Below are positions 1-10,400 of a DNA stretch of 64,000 nucleotides, in pieces (the first letter of the stretch is position 1; each line of letters opens with the position of its first letter). The stretch spans positions 2,542,001 through 2,606,000 of the forward strand of contig CATNEN010000034.1 in assembly GCA_950097015.1 (NCBI GenBank), in the 5' to 3' direction. The notes under the pieces are model-generated. The model saw nothing but the letters and a program-made list of their open reading frames with translations, ran no database searches and had not been told where the DNA came from. A program made the translations under genes and the position numbers. The DNA is from Macrostomum hystrix. Taxonomy: Eukaryota; Animalia; Platyhelminthes.

Positions 1-550
1 GTGAGGCTCAGTGCCGATCTGACAGTACAGAGTGAGGCTCAGTGCGGATCTGACAGTACAGAGTGAGGCTCATTGCGGATCTGACAGTACAGAGTGAGGC
101 TCAGTGTGGATCTGCCAGTACAGAGTGAGGCTCATTGCGGATCTGACAGTACAGATTGAGGCTCAGTGTGGATCTGCCAGTACAGAGTGAGGCTCAGTGT
201 GGATCTGACAGTACAGAGTGAGGCTCAGTGCGGATCTGCCAGTACAGAGTGAGGCTCAGTGCGGATCTGACAGTACAGAGTGAGGCTCAGTGTGGATCTG
301 CCAGTACAGAGTGAGGCTCAGTGCGGATCTGCCAGTACAGAGTGAGGCTCAGTGCGGATCTGACAGTACAGAGTGAGGCTCAGTGCGGATCTGACAGTAC
401 AGAGTGAGGCTCAGTGCGGATCTGCCAGTACAGAGTGAGGCTCAGTGCGGATCTGCCAGTACAGAGTGAGGCTCAGTGCGGATCTGACAGTACAGAGTGA
501 GGCTCAGTGCGGATCTGCCAGTACAGAGTGAGGCTCAGTGCGGATCTGAC
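1..550. repeat. 31-bp minisatellite (GTGAGGCTCAGTGCGGATCTGACAGTACAGA), intronic, truncated by the window edge
   Basis: Unit recurs at 1, 32, 63 and onward; it ends just before the branch point-like GACTAAC and acceptor TTGCAG (574) of the Ig gene exon. Confidence 0.95.
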
Positions 551-574
551 AAGACTAACTCAAACGCCTTGCAG

Positions 575-3500
575 GTGATGTGGTTTGCGTATTCACCCGA
601 GACATCCGGTCAGCCAGCCAAGGAGGAGGCCATTGTAGACGGCACTGTGCTGAAGTTAGATAGCGGTCGCCTGTTCGCCTACAAGCTGCTGAATCCAATG
701 TCCGCTGCCCCGAGCAGCATACTCGTGCTGGAGAATGTGCCAGCCCAGTTGAGCGACACCTACTTCATATGCCGGACAAGCCTGCACCTGGCCAGCGTGC
801 AAGCTTTCTACCTGCGAGTTGTCAGTGAGTTCAGTGATTGAGGCGATGGGACAATGAGACTGGTAAGAGGGGTGATGGATTGCTGATGGAGATGATGGAT
901 TGCTGATGGAGATGATGGATTGCTGATGGAGATGATGGATTGCTGATGGAGATGATGGATTGCTGATGGAGATGATGGATTGCTGATGGAGATGATGGAT
1001 TGCTGATGGAGATGATGGATTGCTGATGGAGATGATGGATTGCTAAGGGAGATGATGGATTGCTGATGGAGATGATGGATTGCTAAGGGAGATGATGGAT
1101 TGCTGATGGAGATGATGGATTGCTGAGGAAGATGATGGATTTCTGATGGAGATGATGGATTGCTGAGGAAGATGATGGATTGCTGATGGAGATGATGGAT
1201 TGCTGAGGGAGATGATGGATTGCTGAGGAAGATGATGGATTGCTGATGGAGATGATGGATTGCTGAGGGAGATGATGAATTGCTGAGGGAGATGATGGAT
1301 TGCTGAGGGAGATGATGGATTGCTGATGGAGATGATGGATTGCTGAGGGAGATTCTAGAAAGAAGGGAAGAGAGATGAAGGGAAGGGACACAGTGACAAC
1401 TCCCAATTCCTTTACGATGCCGCAGAGCCGGTACTGTTCAGCCCTGGCGCGCCCAGCAGCAGCGGCGGCCGGGTGCCGGCGCAGCTCGGCGGTCGAGTGT
1501 CTCTGGACTGCCGCACTGGGACCAACTTCCCGCCCGCCTCAGTGCACTGGAGCCGCCGCCTGGAGTACGAGGGGCCTTCAGCTCGACCGCCTGTGCTGGG
1601 CTGGGTGCGTGGCACTGGCTTCCTTGTGGCTGGGGGGGTCAGGAAGGCCCTCTGAAGGGTGATCAGCAGGCTAGTGCTGGTACCTACTAACAGTAGAAAG
1701 ACCGCGCCCCCCCCGAGGAATGATCACAGGGGCTAGTTTACAATAAAGGTATTGTTCTTGAAAAGAATAAGTACTTAGCGGCTCTCAAATTCATAGATAA
1801 TTTATTACCAATCATACCTGGTCGCCAGGGTCCAGTCTACGAGTTGACCAACGTCTCCATGGAAACGGCGCGATTCATTTTCACCTGTCACGTCAACAAC
1901 CAGCTGGACGCAGAATGGACCGCAAACTTCCGCGTAGACCTCATCAACGCCACCAAGTGTAAGATTTTATGATTGCTATTGTGTTGCAATAAAGTCCTGG
2001 GGGATTCTTAAGCTAACTTCCGGGAACTTTAGGACAAGATGCACTTTACAAATTTTATGAGATGAGCTACTTTTCTTGAGCCCATCCGCTCCGCATCCGC
2101 TCCGCATCCGCTCCGCATCCGCTCCGCATCCGCTCCGCATCCGCTCCGCATCCGCTCCGCATCCGCTCCGCATCCGCTCCGCATCCGCTCCGCATCAGCA
2201 GCCCGGCCAGGCCCGGTGTCCGCCACTTACAACGGCGTCCGGCCGACATTCCGGACGGGCAATCGGCGGGCCCAGCCCAGGGTCGGCGAAAGTTTCACGC
2301 TGGCCTGCAGTGCCCGAGGCGAAGACCTCCAGTTCAGCTGGCTGCGGAACGGCAGCCCGCTGGGACCGTTCGCCGATCCCAACCTGGTGAGTCCAGTGTC
2401 AAACTCCTTATCTCTAGATCCAAATCCATCTTTCTTTCCCGCCTCCTCCATGAGAATTTCAGTCTGTGTTTCCTCACTTTCTCCATGAGAGTTTCAGTCT
2501 TTGTTTCCTCACTTTCTCCATGAGAACTTCAGTCTTTGTTTCCTCACCTCACCTTCTCCATGAGAATTTCAGTCTTTGTTTCCTCACTTTCTCCATGAGA
2601 ACTTCAGTCTTTGTTTCCTCACCTCACCTTCTCCATGAGAATTTCAGTCTTTGTTTCCTCACCTTCTCCATGAGAATTTCAGTCTTTGTTTCCTCACTTT
2701 CTCCATGAGAACTTCAGTCTTTGTTTCCTCACCTCACCTTCTCCATGAGAATTTCAGTCTTTGTTTCCTCACATTCTCCATGAAAATTTCAGTCTTTGTT
2801 TTCTCACCTTCAACATGAGAATTTCGGAATTTCTGTCAATGTTAGCTAATCTCCAGATATTGTCAATTATAACAAGTACACTGATCACACCTGTCGCAGT
2901 ACATGTTCAGCAGCTCCGTCGGGCCGGAGCACTTGTCGGATCTGATAATCAGAAGGTTTCGACCAAGCGATCGCGGGCGGTACCAGTGCTTGGCCAGGAA
3001 CGAGGCTGGACGCAGTGGCTTCACGTTCGACCTTAGAGGCAAGTCAATGAGGAAGGAGTGTGCACATCTGCGCTGCCAGTTTCATTGACGGGCAGTGTAC
3101 ACTCTCACAGTGCCTTGGAGGTTGGCCCTCACGGGTGTAAATTGCACGACAAGCCCCCAAGCCTTCTCTCCGCATCCCAAATGAATGTGGCCTCGCCGCG
3201 GAATCGAACTTGGGGACCGTTTGCAGCTCTGCCACTCATCCACTTCGGCCCTCATAGGCGTAATTTGCACAACAGGCTGTCACCCAAGCACCTCGGTGCC
3301 AGCCACAAAGTACCAGCATCATGACTGTGCATGTGGCCCCTTTGAGTTTAGACTCATTTATTATACCTGTCCATATGACAAGTTGTGTAATTATCGACTC
3401 CTCAGACAATTCAGTGACAAGCGAAGACACATCGGCGCCGAGTCGAACAACTCCTGGAAGTCAGCCACGAATCGACGGTGGCGGCGTTGAAGCTCCCAGG

Positions 3501-3716
3501 CCGGAGCAGCACATGGGCTCCGGCTGGGGCGCCGGCAGCGGTGACGACGAAGCCGATCAGGCGGGCCAGCCGGATTTAGACACCTCGCCGACATCCTCGT
3601 CGGTGGACGGTGGCTCCGGCGATCGCCAACCGCTGCCAACGCCGACGCTGACTGCCGCGCCAGCCAGGAGGCGAGTCAGGCGCCACCGATGGAGGACAAG
3701 GCGGCTGCTGCCCTAA
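575..3716 (+). CDS. Immunoglobulin-superfamily protein, 3' portion (about three Ig-like domains, then a Ser/Thr/acidic linker and a basic tail); 5' exons lie outside the window
   Basis: Exons 575-824, 1426-1604, 1829-1958, 2199-2386, 2900-3038, 3406-3716 total 1197 nt = 399 codons, all phases compatible. Ig motifs: GGRVSLDC..FPPASVHW..FTCHVNN, VGESFTLACSARGEDLQFSWLRNG, LIIRRFRPSDRGRYQCLARNEAG. Phase-1 introns fall between domains; the fifth intron is GC-AG. Confidence 0.85.
870..1352. repeat. 20-bp minisatellite (GATGATGGATTGCTGATGGA) in Ig gene intron
   Basis: Visible 20-bp periodicity inside intron 825-1425. Confidence 0.95.
2083..2196. repeat. 11-bp minisatellite (CATCCGCTCCG) abutting a 3' splice site
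   Basis: About 10 near-perfect copies ending directly at CAGCAG (2196-2201). Confidence 0.95.
2445..2822. repeat. ~36-41-bp minisatellite (CTCCATGAGAATTTCAGTCTTTGTTTCCTCAC...) in Ig gene intron
   Basis: About 10 imperfect copies in intron 2387-2899. Confidence 0.9.
3050..3245 (-). mobile_element. tRNA-headed SINE-like repeat, copy A
   Basis: The reverse complement has an A-box-like TGGATGAGTGG and a B box GTTCGATTCC, followed by a body (GGAGAGAAGGCTTGGGGGCTTGTCGT...AGTGTACACTGCC) shared with 40285-40590, 53920-54130 and 38045-38185. Confidence 0.7.
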
Positions 3717-4410
3717 GACGGCGATAACAAAGACTGATTTTCGAAGTTAACATTCTGAACAGACTTCAAGTTTGGCACAAATTATTTATATTAAATGAAA
3801 TATCATAATGAGCGAAATATACTGCATTGTTTAATCAAGGGTTACTAGAAGAAGAATGAAGGGACACTTCGTTTCCTAGAAAATATCATTTTCGAAAAAA
3901 AACTAAGTATTCTTTTATTCTAGTGGTCGTTGGGTTTAATTTATCACATTCTATCGTTCTACTATTTTCTTACTGACTACTTTCAGCATAAGTAGTGTGT
4001 ACTGACTTGATAAAACCAATTAAATTAGTTTTTTCTCCGTCTCGCTTCATTATCAAGGCCTCATTGACTCGGCAAGCTGCTATTGGACGGGCTTTTGTTA
4101 GGTCCCCATTCTGATCAGCTGTACAGGCCTTCTCCCCTCTGCCCTCTCGCTCTTCTCTCTCGCGTCCATTGTTGCAATAGGCGGAGGCAGCTCTTACCGT
4201 GAGCGCCCGCCCCCAAAACCGCCCCACAGAGCATAATAATGAAGCACTGAATCAGAGAAGGTAGAGAAGCCACTTAAAACAAGCGCAACACTCTTCAGCG
4301 CATGAACCGGCCTAGTCCAATGTGATGCGACAGCATCCTCTGTGAGCCAAGCTTGCACAGGTGAAGACACTTCAGCCCATAGAACATCCACTGCAAAGCA
4401 TTCCCTCGGC

Positions 4411-7400
4411 ATGGCTGGTGGCTTGTGCCGTCGGGCGAAGGTCGACCGTCTCTGGCGAGTGTGGTACGCCCTGCTGGTGCTGGCTGTGCACGCGTTTCTG
4501 CTGCACGCCAGCTTCCAGCGCTACTCGGCCTTCAGGAGTTTGGCACTGCGCGAACGATGGCCGATGGGGCCGATGAATTTTCACCTGGCCGGTGGCATCG
4601 CGGCGGCCCTGCTCCTGCCGCTGTTCCTCTACGCCGCCTTCCTGCCGACTGGCAACTTCGCCGAGGACGGCGAGCAGGTCGGTCGAGACCGGAGCAGCCT
4701 ACGGGTGGCCACGGCCGAGGTGGCGGCTGCTGCATCTGGCGGCGCCAGCACCTGCCTGAGCCGACTTAGGCGTCACTTCATGCCGTACACCTGCGCACTT
4801 CACCTGCTGATGGCGCTGTGCCTGCTGCTGCCACTGCCTGTGCTAGAGGCTGAGGAGATCAATAGGGAACAGCTGGCAAAGGGTGAGCCTTTGGGATCAG
4901 GGATGACAGGCAGTAGAATTTGAAATGGGATTCTTGTTTTAAAAATTATTTGGCATAAGTGGGTTTTCGAGATTAGAGGGCATTCGGGATGACAGGGATT
5001 CGGGATGACAGGGATTCGGGATGAGAAGGGATTTGGATGAGAAGGGATTTGGGGTGAGAGACGGATTTTGGATGAGAGAGGGATTTTGGATGAGAAGGGA
5101 TTTTGGATGAGAGAGGGATTTTGGATGAGAGAGGGATTTTGGATGAGAAGGGATTTTGGATAAGAAGGGATTTTGGATGAGAGAGGGATTTTGGATGAGA
5201 GAGGGATTTTGGATGAGAGAGGGATTTTGGATGAGAGAGGGATTTTGGATGAGAGAGGGATTTTGGATGAGAAGGGATTTTGGATGAGAAGGGATTTTGG
5301 ATGAGAAGGGATTTTGGATGAGAAGGGATTTTGGATGAGAGAGGGATTTTGGATGAGAGAGGGATTTTGGATGAGAGAGGGATTTCGGATGAGAAGGGAT
5401 TTTGCATGAGAGAGGGATTTTGGATGAGAAGGGATTTTGCATGAGAAGGGATTTTGGATAAGAGAGGGATTTTGGATGAGACGGGATTTTGGATGAAAGA
5501 GGGATTTTGGATGGGATTTGAGAAGGGATTTGAGAATAGAGGGAAGTCTGGATAACACAGAATGTAGAAAGATAATGGGTTTGGAATCGAATATCTTTAT
5601 GTGGGACATCATCAAATCACCACAGCATCAAAGTGTCAATGTGGAACAAAAGCCTATTTAATATTAAGTCATCGGTCAATTATTTGCCAGAGCTAAAACA
5701 ACTATTTTGGTGCAAAACTGCTGAAATACCTTGTACACCTACTGCGAACTGCAATTTTAAACAATTAGTCAATTTCTATTATTATGATAGAAAACATTAC
5801 ACACTGCAAACACATCCTCACTGGGCCGCAGGGTGAATTGCCATAGCTTATTCCCAGCTGTTCAGCATTGTGGCGTCTAAAATCTCCTGAAAAATGTGCT
5901 ACCCCAGTGCTGCAATCTGCTGTAAAGGGAATCTAAAAGCAAACAGCTGCTTTTTTTTAATCAGTAGCAAAGGATTTTTATATGATGAAGTGAAAATACA
6001 GTCCTGGGGTTCTGCTTCCTTCAGGACTGTCACTGACTGCTTGGCTGACTGGCTGAGTGACAAGACCGACTTTTTGCCAGTTTGAGTATGAGACTGGAGC
6101 ATGCAGAGTTGAGTAGACTCATGCAGCCAGGACTGCATCAGTGTGAAGTCAGTTATTCAGTTCTCATCTTGCCTACATCTTGATAGAGAGAGAGTGACCG
6201 AGTGTGGTACTGTGGTTACGTCATTCACTTCCTGAGAACAACCAGAAGAATGAAAGACTGCTGTTAAAACATTTTTGAGCCAGTTTAAACATGCAAAGGA
6301 ATGTTGGCCAGTTGGTATATTGTAATTGCACTGCAGAGAAAGAATGCCGTCAGGTCACGCCTCACGTAGCACCCACACGCGCAGGCACACGTCAAACACG
6401 CTCTGCCAGTCGGCCTTCGTAAATTTTCGGTTGGCAACAACAAAAGCGAATTGTACAGTTCGGTGGTCCATGCCAGCCAGTAGCATTGTGGGTAGCCCAC
6501 ACCTTAATAATCCGAGTTACCTAGCTGCTTGTCTATCGATGAGTCATCGCTACGCATCTGCGCCGCGATTGCCTCAGATTGAGACAAATTTATTCACTTT
6601 TTTGCCGAATTCATACACCGAGCATAAACTGCAGCAATCGGGCGAGGGTTTCGCTTTGTGAGTGCATGGCTTATCAATCGTTAGGCGTAGTCCCGGTGTG
6701 AGAATATACTCAGCAAACCTTCTATGCAATTCTAATCTATACCAGTACTAAACTGGGTGCTGTGAATCGGGCGCCGGCAGAGCAACTTGTGAGCATAAAA
6801 AAGAGTAGAAAAAATTACAACTCTAGTTTTGATTCTGGGGTCAGGACAGAAGTTGAGCAGTTTCATGGACAGTTCCTAGATAAAAAGTTAGCGCAAGAGA
6901 AATGGCGACAAAAGAGCTTTTATTGCTTTGGTGAGAAAATATAGAGGTCGAACTTTAATTTCAGCTGCAGCTTGAACCAGCAACCTCGTAAGTGATGATG
7001 AGACAGGGGAGAGATGAGACAGGGGAGAGATGAGACAGGGGAGAGCTGAGACAGGGGAGAGATGAGACAGGGGACAGCTGAGACAGGAGAGAGATGAGAC
7101 AGGGGAGAGATGAGACAGGAGAGAGATGAGACAGGGGACAGCTGAGACAGGAGAGAGATGAGACAGGGGACAGCTGAGACAGGAGAGAGATGAGACAGGA
7201 GAGAGATAAGACAGGAGAGAGATGAGACAGGAGAGAGATGAGACAGGAGAGAGATGAGACAGGGTAGAGATGAGACAGGAGAGAGATGAGACAGGGTAGA
7301 GATGAGACAGGAGAGAGATGAGACAGGGTAGAGATGAGACAGGAGAGAGATGAGACAGGAGGGCAGGTATTAGAATGAGCGCCGGATTTCGGAGCCTTGC

Positions 7401-10400
7401 GGCCCCAATCCGGCCTCCATGTCTGAGCCCTTCCCTGCCTTCAAGCATTTCTGAACCCAGCAGGCATTTGTCATCAGTTTCTAATTATTATTCACCTGCC
7501 CCCCAGGTTGCAGTGTGGCTGGCATTCAGCTAAAATTTTAGCTCAACGAGGCAGGGAAGCGGAAAACTGCACCGGTTCCCGCACCGGTAATTGTATAGCT
7601 GCCGGCCCGACATCGAATCCCGCTGATCCCCTTTGGAGAAGAGGAAGAGGGAGACAGTGACAGAGGAGCCGAGCAGTGCCACGAGCCACACAGAGACTGT
7701 AGAGGAGCGGCTGATTATGCAATCGAGACGCAGGCACAACAGGACCGTGTATGGGGATCTGAACAAGAATGGGATCTGGAGTGGAGCGCGTGAGGCCTGT
7801 CCCCTCTCCCCTAGTGTGGGACGAGATTAATGACACTGACTATATTTCCCTAAGAGCCTACCGGGCTGTGTTGGTGGTCGGGTTGCTTCGCTAACACCTT
7901 GGGTCGAAAGCTTTGTTCTGCCCAACTTTCCTTTAGGACTGTGCGAGCATTGTAAAGGCAGTCGAGAATCCTCATAAATGTTGGAGATGGGAGGGCAATG
8001 CTAGGCATTATCAGATTCGCGCCATCAGCACAACTTTGCCTCCGGAATAACTTTGGCGCCAATAATAGCTCACACAATCACTAGCTTTTCTAGAGTTTTA
8101 TGGTGCATTCGTGATTTCTGCTAGGTTCTATAATATATTTATAACTACAGGCAAGTCAGATATATCTTATAATAATAAAAGCTGCATTCTGTTTAAAAAG
8201 TCACATTTGGATCGGGCAAATCAATAAGCGCTTCGACCTAGCTTTTGGACAATCAAAGCATGACACACTGCAAATAGCTTAGTACTAACTTCAGCTACGT
8301 TTTTTATTCAAAATTTGAGGTAAAGAACTTGTTCAAGGTGTTGAAGCTTGGCTTTCCCAGGTGTTGAAGCTTGGCTTTCCCAGGTGTTGAAGCTTGGCTT
8401 TCCCAGGTGTTGAAGCTTAGCTTTCACAGGTGTTGAAGCTTGGCTTTCCCAGGTGCTGAAGCTTGGCTTTCCCAGGTGTTGAAGCTTGGCTTTCCCAGGT
8501 GTTGAAGCTTGGCTTTCCCAGGTGTTGAAGCTTAGCTTTCCCAGGTGTTGAAGCTTGGCTTTCCCAGGTGTTGAAGCTTGGCTTTCCCAGGTGTTGAAGC
8601 TTGGCTTTCCCAGGTGTTGAAGCTTGGCTTTCCCAGGTGTTGAAGCTTGGCTTTCCCAGGTGTTGAAGCTTGGCTTTCCCAGGTGTTGAAGCTTGGCTTT
8701 CCCAGGTGCTGAAGCTTGGCTTTCACAGGTGTTGAAGCTTGGCTTTGTCAGGTGTTGAAGCTTGGCTTTCACAGGTGTTGAAGCTTGGCTTTGTCAGGTG
8801 TTGAAGCTTGGCTTTCCCAGGTGTTGAAGCTTGGCTTTCACAGGTGCTGAAGCTTGGCTTTGTCAGGTGTTGAAGCTTGGCTTTCCCAGGTGTTGAAGCT
8901 TGGCTTTCACAGGTGTTGAAGCTTGGCTTTCCCAGGTGTTGAAGCTTGGCTTTCACAGGTGTTGAAGCTTGGCTTTCACAGGTGTTGAAGCTTGGCTTTC
9001 CCAGGTGTTGAAGCTTGGCTTTCACAGGTGCTGAAGCTTGGCTTTGTCAGGTGTTGAAGCTTGGCTTTCCCAGGTGTTGAAGCTTGGCTTTCACAGGTGT
9101 TGAAGCTTGGCTTTCCCTGCCCCAAATCTGTCTCTACCACTAATATCTGTTCTTCTGAACTTGTCCCTCCAAACTACTCAACGTCTTCCTCCGAACCACT
9201 CATTCGCTTTGAATTTACGAGTAGTTGCGACACAAAACAATAATGATGTCAAAGGCTCGATCCTTATTACTTTTCTGTGGAGTTAAAATCTTGAGACTGC
9301 GCCGATGGCCCAATTTTCATCGTCTTCCTGTCTCTATCTGTCTGTCTTCCTATCAGTTTTTTTTCTTTGCCTGTCTACAAGGCTTTTGATCGGACTCAGA
9401 CTCAATAAAATTCTTCAGTCCAGGAAATTGCAAGGAAGTCCTCATAATGAATCCTCAAGCAAGCGGGTGACTGCATGTTTTATGACAGCTTGGGGGATTT
9501 AAATTGCAAGGTCACAGTCTTGAGTGCGGGTCTGGGAACTGTTCGCAAATTCCTAGCAAAGCTGAGCACCCCTATTCTCAATTTACCCCCGTTCCTCTGT
9601 ACTCTGAAGAACGCAGAACCTGGTGAGACGACTTCCCGCCAAACCCATTTTTTGCGGACCAGAATAGTACTGGCTGTCGGTCCTATTCATTGACAATGAG
9701 CAGACAGGCAAATCTGATGCACTGCTTGAAGAAAAGCTTCTCAACTTCCGTTAAAGCTTATTAAAATTTGAATATTTCAGTTTATTAGAAAGCTGAATAA
9801 ATTATCTACAGATTTTTAACGCGATGCCTGTAGATGACACCAATGAAATTTGGAAATGAAATCTGTCTGGAAATCTGGAAAAAAACATTTTCGATTTTTT
9901 AAATCTTCCTTTAATCACAGCTCAAAACAGGTAGACGCACCAGCTTCAGCTAAAATGTTAACAATTTATTAAGCTCTCTAATTAAAACAAACTTAAAAAA
10001 CTGTGTTGTGCGCCCCTTTTGGAATACTAATGAAAAGGTAGAGGGTCTCTGCCCCGGCATTTTTGTGAAAATTGTATAAGAGTAAATTAGGGGTACGGGG
10101 GAGTCAAGCGTTGGAATTTTATTGAAATGGGGTAGCGTTCTCCCCTCATGAGAGGGAGTCAACTTTTTAAAGGGGAGTGCATAAATTTCCCCTTCCATCA
10201 TAAAAATCTGGGGGGGTAGGAGGAGGGAGTAAGTCTCCAAAACTTTCTCTGCATCCCCCCACACAATGGCATCGCTTGAATAGCAGAGAATTCGGGGTTA
10301 CAGCTTGGCGGGGCGGCCGACCTTAAAACTGTCAGCCATGCCGGTAATTCCAGCGGCTGTTGTTCGGCTGTTACCGGGCGGGCTGCATCGCATCACTGTC

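Noticed and set aside
7633-7830. 65-aa ORF inside tincar intron 1
   Set aside because: No recognisable homology and no splice sites that place it in frame; tincar exons 1 and 2 join directly in phase.
4800-9025. Long repetitive ORFs (PSHPKSL, SHLSPVS, KAKLQHLGKPSF)
   Set aside because: All are readings of intronic minisatellites antisense to tincar.
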